From an uncultured Collinsella sp. (lineage in GTDB: Bacteria > Actinomycetota > Coriobacteriia > Coriobacteriales > Coriobacteriaceae), in assembly GCA_900549905.1 (NCBI GenBank), contig URQD01000001.1, positions 3,486 through 67,485 on the forward strand: DNA of 64,000 bases, written 5' to 3'. The translations under genes and the position numbers were made by a program. The notes below the pieces were generated by a model that searched no databases, had not been told where the DNA came from, and worked only from the letters and a program-made list of their open reading frames with translations. Numbering within the stretch: position 1 is the first letter of the stretch; every line of letters starts with the position of its first letter. Shown here piece after piece: positions 1 through 9,198 of this stretch.

Positions 1-640
1 ATACGAAGATGCAGAGGAACAGGATGCTGATGTAGGCCGTATACCAGCAGAACATGACGTTGAGCGCCGTTGCGATGACGAGGCGAATCATGTGCTGTTT
101 GCGGATGAGCTCGTGGCATCCGTAGGCACAGATGGGCAGCATGATGAGGCAATCGATCCAGAGCGGGTTGCGTAGGTTGCTGATGGTCCAGCTGCAAAAC
201 GTGAACGAGAGAGAAAGCAGGAATGCTGCGGGCTTGGGTAGGCCAAAGCGCTTTTGCACATACCAAGCGCTGCTGATGTGGATGCAGCCCAGTTTGAGCG
301 CGGAGATAACAAACACGAAGAGCGTCAGCTTGTCTGCGGGAAACAGCGCGCAGAGCAGGTTGAAGGGGCTGGCGAGGTAGTAGCTATAGAGCCCCCATGT
401 GTTCATGCCGAGTCCTTGCGAGAAGGAATAGCGAAGGTTTGCCTCACCTAAAAGGACGCGCCGGAACCAAGCAAAGAAGTCGATGTATTGGTATTTGAGA
501 TCGTTGGTGAGAAACGAGTTGTCGCCAAAGGGGTAGACATGCCCTGCCGCTGCAAGTGCGACAAAGAGTGCGACGGAAAATGCGAAGCAGGCGGCGTAGA
601 ACGCCACATTCTTGAGCGTGCTGTTATTGGGCCGTGTCAT
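1..640 (-). CDS. YfhO-family (GT-C-like) polytopic membrane glycosyltransferase; N-terminal part only, runs off the left edge
   Basis: Manual translation from ATG at 640: MTRPNNSTLKNVAFYAACFAFSVALFVALAAAGHVYPFGDNSFLTNDLKYQYIDFFAWFRRVLLGEANLRYSFSQGLGMNTWGLYSYYLASPFNLL. The YPFG..D...QY and YYLASPFN motifs are typical of YfhO. GAGGA RBS upstream. Not in the ORF track because the stop lies outside the window. Confidence 0.85.
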   Translation of the reverse strand, partial: MTRPNNSTLKNVAFYAACFAFSVALFVALAAAGHVYPFGDNSFLTNDLKYQYIDFFAWFRRVLLGEANLRYSFSQGLGMNTWGLYSYYLASPFNLLCALFPADKLTLFVFVISALKLGCIHISSAWYVQKRFGLPKPAAFLLSLSFTFCSWTISNLRNPLWIDCLIMLPICAYGCHELIRKQHMIRLVIATALNVMFCWYTAYISILFLCIFV

Positions 641-1592
641 CAGATTCCTCGTTGGATTCTCGAATGATATAGACGGGACGTCGCTTAGCCTCCAAGTAGG
701 CTTTTGCCAGGTATTCGCCAATGATTCCCAGGCACAGAAGCTGCATGCCGCCAAACAGCGTTGTGAGGCAGGCGAGCGACGGCCATCCGCCGACGGGGTC
801 GCCCCAGACAAGCGTCTTTACTAGGATGACGACGAATCCCAGAATAGCGATGAGACAGAAGACGATACCTGTGAGGGCGGCGAGGGAGAGCGGTGCCGTG
901 GAAAACGCGACGATGCCGTCGATGGAATAGAGGAGCAGCGACCAAAAGCTCCATTTGGTCTCGCCGGCCACGCGGTTGACGTTTACGTAGGGGAGCCATT
1001 TGGTCTTGAAGCCCACCCAGCCGTAAATGCCCTTGGAGAATCGGTTGTATTCGCCCATGGAGATGATGGCGTTGACCATAGGCCGCTTCATGAGCCTAAA
1101 ATCGCGTGCTCCGTCGACGATGTCGGCCTTGGAAATGCGGTTAATGATCTTGTAGAACATACGGGCACAGAACGACCTGATGGGAGGCTCGCCTTTGCGG
1201 GTGGTCCTGCGTGTGGCGACGTTGTCGTAGTCTTCGGTTTGTAAGATCTCGTACATCTGCGGCAGGAGCGAGGGCGGGTCCTGCATGTCGGCATCCATGG
1301 TGGCGACATAGTCGCCCTTTGCGTGCTGGAGTCCGGCGAGTAGCGCCGCCTCCTTGCCAAAGTTGCGCGAGAAAGAGTGCCAGCGGATGGCGTATGGATG
1401 CGCCGCCGCGGCTTCTGCTTTCATGACGGCGAGCGTTTTGTCTGCCGAGCCATCGTCGATGAGGACTGTCTCAAAGGAGATGCCGGGGTCTTGCTGGGTC
1501 ATGATGCGAACGACGCCATCGAGCTCTTTGAGAAAGATCGGAAGTGATTCCTGCTCGTTGTAGCACGGCACGACGATGGAGATGAGCGGCAT
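624..1592 (-). CDS. GT2 glycosyltransferase, GtrB/YkoT-like polyprenyl-phosphate sugar transferase
   Basis: ISIVVPCYNE, DDGS, SRNFGKEAAL, MDADMQDPP motifs; two C-terminal TM helices; EAKRRPVYII tail. Confidence 0.92.
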   Translation of the reverse strand: MPLISIVVPCYNEQESLPIFLKELDGVVRIMTQQDPGISFETVLIDDGSADKTLAVMKAEAAAAHPYAIRWHSFSRNFGKEAALLAGLQHAKGDYVATMDADMQDPPSLLPQMYEILQTEDYDNVATRRTTRKGEPPIRSFCARMFYKIINRISKADIVDGARDFRLMKRPMVNAIISMGEYNRFSKGIYGWVGFKTKWLPYVNVNRVAGETKWSFWSLLLYSIDGIVAFSTAPLSLAALTGIVFCLIAILGFVVILVKTLVWGDPVGGWPSLACLTTLFGGMQLLCLGIIGEYLAKAYLEAKRRPVYIIRESNEESDDTAQ

Positions 1593-1598
1593 AGTGGT

Positions 1599-2570
1599 TT
1601 ACCTCTCGCTTGGCTTGGAAGTGGGGTGGCCGAGCTGGTCGTCGTAGGCGTATTTGCTGTACACGTTGACCTCCCACTGCTTTTTTTCGACCTTTGCCAC
1701 GGAATCGAGGATGAATCCGGTTGCAAGGCTCAGACCGCACAGGAACATAAACGACGCGGCGAGCATGGCGGTGGGGAAGCGCGGAACGAGGCCGGTGTGG
1801 AAATACTCGACAACGATGGGCATGCCCAGGGCGAGGCCGATCACCGCAAACAGAAGCGCGACGAGGCTGAAGAACTTCAGCGGGCGGTAGTCCTTGAACA
1901 GCGTGCCGATCATCGCGACGACTTTAATGCCGTCGCTCACGGTATTGAGCTTGGACTCGGAGCCTTCCGGACGGTCGCGGTACTCGATGGGCACATCTTT
2001 GATGCGCCAGCGGTGGTCGACGGCGTGGATCGAGAGCTCGGTTTCGATCTGGAAGCCCTCGGAAAGCACGGGGAAGGTTTTGACGAACGGGCGGCTCATG
2101 GCGCGGTAGCCGGTCATGACGTCATCGAAGCTGTAGCCATAGATCCACTTGATCATGGCGCGGACCAGATTGTTGCCAAAGCCGTGGAAGGCACGCTTGT
2201 TCTCCTCGGCGTAGGTGCCGTTGGAAAGGCGGTCGCCTACGGTCATGTCGGCCGTGCCGTTAAGGATGGGCTCGCAGAGTGCTTTGGCAGCCTCGGCGGG
2301 ATAGGTGTCGTCGCCGTCGACCATCAGGTAGCAATCGGCGTCGATATCGCGAAACATCTGGCGGCACACGTTGCCCTTTCCCTGACGGGGCTCAAAGCGG
2401 ACCGTGGCGCCGTGCTCGGTGGCGATGCGTGAAGTATCGTCCGACGAGTTGTTGTCATAGACATAGACCGTCGCTTGCGGAAGCTCGCGGTGAAAGTCGT
2501 CGGTGACTTTGCCGATCGTGAGGGCTTCGTTGTAGCAAGGGATGATGACGGCGATGGATTCAGAATTCAC
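1599..2570 (-). CDS. GT2 glycosyltransferase (DPM-synthase-like), C-terminal TM helices
   Basis: IAVIIPCYNE, DNNSSD, QGKGNV, VDGDDTYP, GFQIETE motifs; GTG start with AAGGAG RBS. Confidence 0.9.
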   Translation of the reverse strand: MNSESIAVIIPCYNEALTIGKVTDDFHRELPQATVYVYDNNSSDDTSRIATEHGATVRFEPRQGKGNVCRQMFRDIDADCYLMVDGDDTYPAEAAKALCEPILNGTADMTVGDRLSNGTYAEENKRAFHGFGNNLVRAMIKWIYGYSFDDVMTGYRAMSRPFVKTFPVLSEGFQIETELSIHAVDHRWRIKDVPIEYRDRPEGSESKLNTVSDGIKVVAMIGTLFKDYRPLKFFSLVALLFAVIGLALGMPIVVEYFHTGLVPRFPTAMLAASFMFLCGLSLATGFILDSVAKVEKKQWEVNVYSKYAYDDQLGHPTSKPSER

Positions 2571-2730
2571 TCAATGCTCCTTATACTTTCGATCCTTGAA
2601 AGTATAGCCGTTTGGGCTTGGCATCCTAAGATGTGGGTTAGTTCTCCAGTTTTGTTGCGCGAATCGTTTGCATGGCCGTCGGGTCTATACTGTTCGTTTG
2701 TCAACGATTACGAGTAAAGGAGTTGCATCC

Positions 2731-3576
2731 GTGTCGGATCAGACAAAGCAACAAGAAACTCGCAGTCTGCCTGCGACGTTTGCTAAGAACGAATTTGAGA
2801 AGGATGCGTTTATCCTTCGTCAGCTGGTTACCAAGGATTTTAAGATCAAGTATCGCCGTAGCGTTCTGGGTGTCGCATGGTCGGTGCTCAATCCGTTGCT
2901 GATGATGATCGTCATGGCCATCGTGTTCTCGACGATTTTTGGCCAAGGCCGCAATGGCTCAATGACGCCCGAGATGTACCCGCTGTACTTGATCGTGGGT
3001 AACATTACCTTTGCCGTCATGTCCGAGTCTACGAACCAGGCCCTGACGTCTATCGTGGGCGCTGCCCCTCTGCTCAAGAAGGTTAAGGTGCACCGCTGGG
3101 TCTTCCCGGTGCAAAAGGTGCTCTTCTCGCTGGTCAACTTTGCCTTCTCGCTGGTCGCCGTCGCCATCGTCATGCTGTGGTTCCGCGTTATGCCTTCTTG
3201 GCACCTCATTCTGCTGCCGGTTTGCCTGCTGCTGCTTATGTGCTTCTGCATGGGCCTGGGCATGATGCTCTCTGCTCTTACGGTCTTTTTCCGCGACGTT
3301 ATGCATCTATGGAGCGTCGTCATTACGGCGTGGACTTACATTACGCCCATCTTCTGGACGACTGACTATATTGCGCAAATGCCGCATCTCGTGCGTATCT
3401 TGATGTATGCGAACCCCATGTTCAACTACCTGCAGTTTATGCGCGATATCTTTCTGTTCCAGACTACGCCCTCGCTCATGACGTTTGGTATGTGCGTTGC
3501 CTGGGCGGTTCTTGCGCTTATTATTGGCTACACCGTGTTCCATAAGTCCGAGCGCAAATTTATCCTCTACATCTAA
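2731..3576 (+). CDS. wzm: ABC-2 polysaccharide export permease (Wzm/TagG-like)
   Basis: KDFKIKYRRSVLGVAWSVLNPLLMM motif; about six TM helices; GTG start after AAAGGAG. Confidence 0.88.
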   Translation: MSDQTKQQETRSLPATFAKNEFEKDAFILRQLVTKDFKIKYRRSVLGVAWSVLNPLLMMIVMAIVFSTIFGQGRNGSMTPEMYPLYLIVGNITFAVMSESTNQALTSIVGAAPLLKKVKVHRWVFPVQKVLFSLVNFAFSLVAVAIVMLWFRVMPSWHLILLPVCLLLLMCFCMGLGMMLSALTVFFRDVMHLWSVVITAWTYITPIFWTTDYIAQMPHLVRILMYANPMFNYLQFMRDIFLFQTTPSLMTFGMCVAWAVLALIIGYTVFHKSERKFILYI

Positions 3577-3587
3577 GGAGTGCTGTG

Positions 3588-4355
3588 ATGACTGAATCTG
3601 TTTTTGATTACAGCGAGCAGCCTCTGGCTGTCGAGGTCGACGACGTCACCATGATCTTTAACATGGCGTCCGAGTCGCTGACCAACCTCAAGGAGTACTT
3701 CATTAAGCTTGCCAAGCACGAGTTGTTCTTTGAGGAGTTTAGGGCGCTCAAGCATATCTCGTTTGATATTCATCGTGGCGAGGTCGTGGGTCTGGTCGGC
3801 ACCAATGGTTCCGGTAAGTCTACGATGCTCAAGATCATCGCTGGCGTGCTTGAGCCCAGTGAGGGCAGCGTTAAGGTGCACGGTAACATCGCGCCGCTGA
3901 TTGAGCTTGGCGCCGGCTTTGACCCCGAGCTGACCGCCCGCGAGAACATCTATCTGAACGGCGCCCTGCTCGGCTATACCAAGGAGTTCATCGATGCCAA
4001 CTTTGACGGCATTATCGAGTTCGCGGAGCTGCAGAACTTTGTCGATATGCCGCTTAAGAACTTCTCATCGGGCATGGTGGCGCGTATCGCCTTTGCAATC
4101 GCGACGATTACCGAGCCCGATATTCTGATTGTTGACGAGACGCTGTCCGTCGGTGACGTGTTCTTCCAGCAAAAGTGTGAGGCACGCATTCAGCACTTTA
4201 TCCAGAGCGGCGACGTGACGGTTCTGTTCGTTTCGCACTCCATGGAGCAGGTTGAGCGTATCTGCCAGCGTGCCGTTTGGATTGAGAAGGGTGACCTTCG
4301 CATGGACGGCCCGGTCGATGAGGTCTGCAAGGCGTACCGCGAGCAGTTCAACTAG
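3588..4355 (+). CDS. wzt: ABC polysaccharide export ATPase (Wzt/TagH-like); no C-terminal carbohydrate-binding domain
   Basis: Walker A GTNGSGKST; LIELGAGFDPELTAREN; signature FSSGMVAR; Walker B ILIVDE. Confidence 0.9.
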   Translation: MTESVFDYSEQPLAVEVDDVTMIFNMASESLTNLKEYFIKLAKHELFFEEFRALKHISFDIHRGEVVGLVGTNGSGKSTMLKIIAGVLEPSEGSVKVHGNIAPLIELGAGFDPELTARENIYLNGALLGYTKEFIDANFDGIIEFAELQNFVDMPLKNFSSGMVARIAFAIATITEPDILIVDETLSVGDVFFQQKCEARIQHFIQSGDVTVLFVSHSMEQVERICQRAVWIEKGDLRMDGPVDEVCKAYREQFN

Positions 4356-4409
4356 GTTATAATTACTTGCGCCTGACAGGCTTGCGCTTGCTTGGGCGTG
4401 CGGTTATTT

Positions 4410-4486
4410 GCTCCATTAGCTCAGTTGGATAGAGCAGGGGACTTCTAATCCCAAGGTCGACGGTTCGAATCCGCCATGGAGCACCA
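4410..4486 (+). tRNA. tRNA-Arg (anticodon TCT), CCA encoded
   Basis: Acceptor GCTCCAT/ATGGAGC; D arm TAGCTCAGTTGGATAGAGC; anticodon loop CT-TCT-AA; T loop GGTTCGAATCC; ends ACCA. Confidence 0.95.
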
Positions 4487-4495
4487 TCGTTTATT

Positions 4496-4528
4496 AAGCC
4501 CAGACCGCTTGGTGGTCTGGGCTTTTTT
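4496..4528 (+). terminator. Intrinsic terminator after tRNA-Arg(TCT)
   Basis: AAGCCCAGACC...GGTCTGGGCTT hairpin followed by a T run. Confidence 0.8.
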
Positions 4529-4561
4529 CATCTTGTGTGCTGCGGTTTTGAAGGGTTCGCC

Positions 4562-5548
4562 ATGGGAAGCAAAAGGCTCGACTGGATCGATATTGCAAAG
4601 GGGATTGCAATGATTCTGGTCATTGTGGGGCACACCGTCCCAAATCCTTCTCCCTTGCGGCACGCGATCTTCTCGTTTCACATGCCGGTGTTCTTTATTC
4701 TTGCCGGGTATACGTTTAGGCCGAAGCCGTGGCGCGAGCTGCTGAGTGGTTCGGTGTCGCGCCTGCTGGTGCCGTATGTGGTTCTTGCACTGGCATGGCA
4801 GGTGCCGACGTTCTTGATGAGCGGCGCTCCTTTGACGAGCGGTACGCTGGTTGCGGGGCTTAAGACGCTTGTGTTTGCCTCGGGCGTTGATGTGCCTGGG
4901 CTTGGCGTTACCGCCGTTGGCATGGCATGGTTTTTGGCGGCGCTGTTTACGTCGCGCCTGTTGTTTAATGCGCTTGTGCGGCTGTTTGATCGCGGCGGGA
5001 TTGGGGTTGTTTGGCAGGGCGTTGTCTGTGCCGCGATTGCCTTTTGCGGTTTGAGCGTGTCTCGCTATTTTGGTGTTTACCTGCCACTCGATTTGGATCT
5101 GAGCTGATACATCGTCTTGCTGATGTGGATTGGCTATACGGCGCGCCAAAGGGGGCTCGAGCCGAGCGTGAGCAAGCCCCTGCTGTTTATTGGAGCCGGT
5201 GTCGCTTGGCTTGTCCTTGCCGCGCTGAGTGGGCTTGAGCTTTCGAGCCGCCGCGTGGATGGGTTTGTGGTTGCGACAGTTGCCGCTCTTGCCGGCAGCT
5301 ATTGCGTGTGCTGGGTTTCCATGGCGCTGGAGAAGTTGAAAAACGTGCCGGTTGTGGGATCCTTTGAGCGATCGCTCGTGTTCTGCGGACAGGCCAGTCT
5401 TGCCATCTTTGCAATCCACGCGGTCGATTGGTTTATCCCCTGGCAGACCATGCCTCTACTTATGACGCTGCCAGCATCGTGGCTCTTCGCATCAATCGTG
5501 CGTTGCGCCTGCGATATTGGATTGGCGTACGTGATCAAGAAGGCGTAA
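4562..5548 (+). pseudogene. Acyltransferase-3 family membrane O-acyltransferase, split by an in-frame TGA at 5105-5107
   Basis: RLDWIDIAKGIAMILVIVGH and FHMPVFFILAGY motifs. Track ORFs 4535-5107 and 5117-5548 are in the same frame, and the C-terminal G..SLAIFAIH motif lies after the stop. Confidence 0.85.
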
Positions 5549-5647
5549 CAAAAGCAGTGTGACTAAGTTGGCCCCCGCTGTTTCATTTGGGTTTTAAGTA
5601 GTCTGATAAGACTTTTCTAACGCATTCAGCGATTGCGGCCATAGAAC

Positions 5648-6115
5648 CTAGTGCAGCACTCTGGCCGTATCATCAACATCCAAAAAGTCATTGGTGGCAC
5701 CGACGAACTCCTGCATGTTTGTGACGATGCGGCCATCGTTTTCAATGCGGATTTCAAAGCTCTTCCAGGGGAATTTCATGATGTGGTATAAGGTCACCAG
5801 CACATCCTGCTCTTTGCCGATCGTGAGTAGCCAGCGGGCACAGTTGTCTCCGCTGGTGGATGCGTTGAACACCATATTTGGAAGATTGCGCACCAGCAGC
5901 AGCGTCTTAACGCCGCCGGACAGTTCGAGTGGGGTGATCGAGCCCAGCTGTTTGCTTACGATGTTGTGGGGACCGATGAGCTCTGATCCGTCCACGCTTT
6001 TAATCATCTGTGCGGCCATAGGGTCTTCGAACCATGAGTCCAAGTATGAGTTCCTAAAATAGGTTTCGGTATCGTAGATGGAACCGGGGAAATCCCCCAG
6101 GTGAATACTCAGCAT
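5648..6115 (-). CDS. DUF4869-like hypothetical protein
   Basis: YFRNSYLDSW..D...QMIKSVD and ITPLELSGGVKTLLL resemble DUF4869 as I recall it; GGAG RBS. Confidence 0.7.
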   Translation of the reverse strand: MLSIHLGDFPGSIYDTETYFRNSYLDSWFEDPMAAQMIKSVDGSELIGPHNIVSKQLGSITPLELSGGVKTLLLVRNLPNMVFNASTSGDNCARWLLTIGKEQDVLVTLYHIMKFPWKSFEIRIENDGRIVTNMQEFVGATNDFLDVDDTARVLH

Positions 6116-6159
6116 GTGGGTCTCCAGACGTTGTGTGACTGCAACGATTATATGCCAGT

Positions 6160-6197
6160 AATTAAATGTCGGCAGCAGCGAGGTCGCTGCTGCCGGC
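6160..6197 (-). terminator. Probable terminator of the aro operon
   Basis: GCCGGCAGCAGCGA/TCGCTGCTGCCGAC stem followed by ATTTAAT on the minus strand, downstream of aroQ. Confidence 0.65.
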
Positions 6198-6246
6198 GCT
6201 GGAGTTCTGTTCGTGTGAATCGGTGCTAATAAATTGATCCGCGACG

Positions 6247-6684
6247 CTACTTTACGAGATGCTTTTTCAGCAGCTCCAACGCGTGGGCGTAGCCTTGGAG
6301 GCCTTCGCCGGTGATGGTGGCGAAGCAGGCCAGGCGTGCATAGCTCACCTGGCGGAAGTCCTCGCGTGTCTCTACGGCGCTGATGTGGACCTCCACAGCC
6401 GGGATGGCGACGGCCTTGAGTGCATCGAGGATCGCCAAGCTCGTATGCGTATAAGCGGCCGGGTTGATGACGATGCCGTCGACCTTGCCGTAGGCCTCCT
6501 GGATCTTGTCGACGATGCTGCCCTCGTGGTTAGACTGGAAGACCTCGACCTTGTCGAAGCCCTGTGCGGCACCTGCCTCCTGGCAGATCTGCACTAAGCG
6601 GTCGTAGTTGTCGCTGCCATAGATGCCCGGCTCGCGAATGCCGAGCATGTTGAGGTTGGGGCCGTTGATGACGAGTGCTTTCAT
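6247..6684 (-). CDS. aroQ: Type II 3-dehydroquinate dehydratase
   Basis: INGPNLNMLGIREPGIYG, FQSNHEG, INPAAYTHTS, EVHIS motifs; true start is the ATG at 6684 after AAAGGAAG. Confidence 0.97.
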   Translation of the reverse strand: MKALVINGPNLNMLGIREPGIYGSDNYDRLVQICQEAGAAQGFDKVEVFQSNHEGSIVDKIQEAYGKVDGIVINPAAYTHTSLAILDALKAVAIPAVEVHISAVETREDFRQVSYARLACFATITGEGLQGYAHALELLKKHLVK

Positions 6685-6705
6685 GGTTGCTTCCTTTGCG
6701 ATTGG

Positions 6706-6746
6706 AAAACCACCACAAAGGCGCCTGTCCCCTTTGTGGTGGTTTT
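6706..6746. repeat. REP-like palindrome: perfect 16-bp stem, GGGACAGG core on the minus strand
   Basis: AAAACCACCACAAAGG-cgcctgtcc-CCTTTGTGGTGGTTTT between aroE-aroK and aroQ. Confidence 0.75.
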
Positions 6747-6748
6747 GG

Positions 6749-7999
6749 TTAGAGAGCGGGTGGGAGGGTGTCGAGGAGGGCTTGGGCGGTGTTGGCGGCG
6801 CAGTCGCGTGAGTCGATGATGTAGTCGGCCCAGGAGCGGTAGCGCGGCATGCGCTGCTCGGCGAGCTTGTCGATGCCATCGCGCGCCGTGATGGGGCGGC
6901 CCTTGTGGGCGAGCTCGTCGAGCTTGCGGTTGAGCATCACGATCTGGCTGTTCTGGTGCAGCAGCGGGTAGTTCTCGTCGCGCGTGACCACGCCGCCGCC
7001 GGTGGAAAGCACCAGGCCGCTGCGCTTGGAGATGTCGGCCAGCGCCGCCGTCTCCTGTTCGCGGAACGCCGCCTCGCCGCGCTCGACGATAAAGTCGGCG
7101 CAGGGCATGCCCAGGCGCTCCTCGAGGGCGCGATCCAGATCGATGTGCTCTCGTCCCGTGAGCAGGGCAATCTGCTCGCCCACACGGGTCTTGCCCGAGC
7201 CCGGCATGCCGATCAGCGCGATGTTCTGTTCGCGGCGTGACAGGCGCTCCGTTACGTCCAGAATGCGCTCGCGCGGAGTGACCTGGCCGGTGTAGCGCTC
7301 AACGGCTTGCGCCGCCTGGGCCACGAGCATGAGCAGACCGCCGATGCAGGGGATGTCGCGGCGCTCGGCCTCGAGCATGAGTCCCGTGCGAGCGGGGTTG
7401 TAGACAATGTCGATAACGCCCTCGAGCGCATTGAGCCCCTCGAGTGTGCAGGGGGCGTCGGGACAGTGGGGGAACATGCCGGCGGGCGTGCAGTTGACGA
7501 GCAGTGCGGCGTCGGACTGCTGCGCGATGTTGTCGTAGTTGACTTCGCTCGTGCGGCCGACCGGCACGACGATGGCGCCCAGGTCGCCGAGCACCATGCT
7601 GGCAGTGGTGCCGGCGCCACCGGTGGCACCGAGCACGAGGGCCTTCTTGCCGGCGACCTCAACGCCCAGCTCCTCGACTAGGCACTGAAAGCCGAAGTAG
7701 TCGGTGTTGTCGCCGCGCAGGCGGCCGTCGGGCAGGCGCGTGATGGTGTTGACGTTTCCCATACGCTCGGCGAGTGGACTCAGCTCGTCCAGGTATTCCA
7801 TGACGGCGCGCTTGTAGGGGATGGTCACGTTGGTGCCCTCCCATTCGTCACCCGTCATAAAAGCCTGGAGGTCCTCGGGCTCGCGCTCAAATCGTACGTA
7901 CTCGAGCCCCGCGAGCTCCTTGTAGATGGTCGGGGTGTAGCTGTGGCCCAGCACGCGGCCCAGCACGCCGTAGGGGCGGGTTGCGGCGACATCGGTCAT
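6749..7999 (-). CDS. aroE-aroK: Bifunctional shikimate dehydrogenase / shikimate kinase fusion
   Basis: N-terminal GHSYTP, NVTIPYK, VNT, NTDYFG, DIVYNP (AroE); C-terminal LIGMPGSGKT, FREQE, STGGG (AroK). Confidence 0.93.
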   Translation of the reverse strand: MTDVAATRPYGVLGRVLGHSYTPTIYKELAGLEYVRFEREPEDLQAFMTGDEWEGTNVTIPYKRAVMEYLDELSPLAERMGNVNTITRLPDGRLRGDNTDYFGFQCLVEELGVEVAGKKALVLGATGGAGTTASMVLGDLGAIVVPVGRTSEVNYDNIAQQSDAALLVNCTPAGMFPHCPDAPCTLEGLNALEGVIDIVYNPARTGLMLEAERRDIPCIGGLLMLVAQAAQAVERYTGQVTPRERILDVTERLSRREQNIALIGMPGSGKTRVGEQIALLTGREHIDLDRALEERLGMPCADFIVERGEAAFREQETAALADISKRSGLVLSTGGGVVTRDENYPLLHQNSQIVMLNRKLDELAHKGRPITARDGIDKLAEQRMPRYRSWADYIIDSRDCAANTAQALLDTLPPAL

Positions 8000-9145
8000 C
8001 TAGAGCACCTCCGTGTAACTGCCAAAGAAGGTGAAGCTCTCGCACACGTCGTCGATGGAATCGAGCAGGTCATCGAGGGCCTTGCTGCCAAAGGGGCAGT
8101 CCAGGTCAAAGTAGAACATAAACTCAAAGTCGTGCCCGGGGATGGGGCGGCTCTCGAGCTTGATGAGGTTGATATTGAGCGCGTAGAAGCGCTCGAGTAC
8201 GCGATAGAGTGCGCCCGGCTCGTTGGCCGTGGTAATCATGAGCGAGGTGCGGTTGGCGCCGGGGTAGACGCGTGGCTCGCGGGTGATGACGACAAAGCGC
8301 GTGTAGTTGTTGTCCGAGTCCTGGATGTTGGGCTCCAGTACCTCCAAGCCGTAGAGTGCGGCGCAGCTGCGCGATGCGATCGCGGCAACATCGGTGCGTT
8401 CGGAGCTGGCGACCATCTCGGCCGACATGGCCGTGTTGGGGTACTTGGTGGCGTGCAGGTCGTGCGCCTCGATAAAGCCGGCGCATTGGGCAATGGCCTG
8501 GCCGTGGCTGTAGACCTCACGAACATCCTGCAGCTTGGTGCCGGGCTTGACGAGCAGGTTGTGGTCGATCTTGAGGCGCAGCGAGCGCACGATGTGAAAG
8601 TCGAACTGGGCGAGCAGGTCGTAGACAGCGTTGACCGATCCGGCAGTTGAGTTTTCGATGGGCAGCACGCCAAACTCGCAAAAGCCGTCGCGTACGGCGC
8701 GCATAACGCCCTCGAAGGTCTCGAAAAACGCGATGTCAGGCACGTCGAAGAGCTTGCACGCGGCGATCTGGCTATAGGCACCTTCCACGCCCTGGCAGGC
8801 AACAGTGGCCGTATGAGGGAAGGGTGTGTCGGAGGCTGCAGCCGTGGCGTGGGCCTTTTGCGAGACGGTGATGCCCTTGAGTTCGTTGATGTAGCGCTGC
8901 TGCTCGGCCTTGCTCATGCTCATGAGAAGACGGAACAGGGCGATGGTCTGCGCCTCGTAGCGCTCGGGCGCGCGGCTGGCGAGGTTGTTGAGCTTGGAGC
9001 GTTCGCGGGCGGGGTCGAAGACGGCCTTGCCCATCTCGATTTTTGACTTGGCGACCTCGGTGGCAATGTCCATGCGCTCAACAAAACTGTTGAGCAGCGT
9101 GGTGTCGATGCCATCGATGGTCTGGCGAATATCGGCAAGGTCCAT
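8000..9145 (-). CDS. pheA: Chorismate mutase / prephenate dehydratase with ACT domain
   Basis: N-terminal L..IR..ID.ID chorismate mutase; QGVEGAYS, PIENSTAG, NYTRF; ACT motif NLIKLESRP. Confidence 0.94.
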   Translation of the reverse strand: MDLADIRQTIDGIDTTLLNSFVERMDIATEVAKSKIEMGKAVFDPARERSKLNNLASRAPERYEAQTIALFRLLMSMSKAEQQRYINELKGITVSQKAHATAAASDTPFPHTATVACQGVEGAYSQIAACKLFDVPDIAFFETFEGVMRAVRDGFCEFGVLPIENSTAGSVNAVYDLLAQFDFHIVRSLRLKIDHNLLVKPGTKLQDVREVYSHGQAIAQCAGFIEAHDLHATKYPNTAMSAEMVASSERTDVAAIASRSCAALYGLEVLEPNIQDSDNNYTRFVVITREPRVYPGANRTSLMITTANEPGALYRVLERFYALNINLIKLESRPIPGHDFEFMFYFDLDCPFGSKALDDLLDSIDDVCESFTFFGSYTEVL

Positions 9146-9198
9146 GGAGGCCCCTTTCACGTAATGGCAGAGTTGACGGGCAACTCAGGTGAGTCGGG

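Noticed and set aside
5105..5160. Selenocysteine recoding of the acyltransferase TGA
   Set aside because: No convincing SECIS hairpin directly downstream, and the family is not a redox enzyme.
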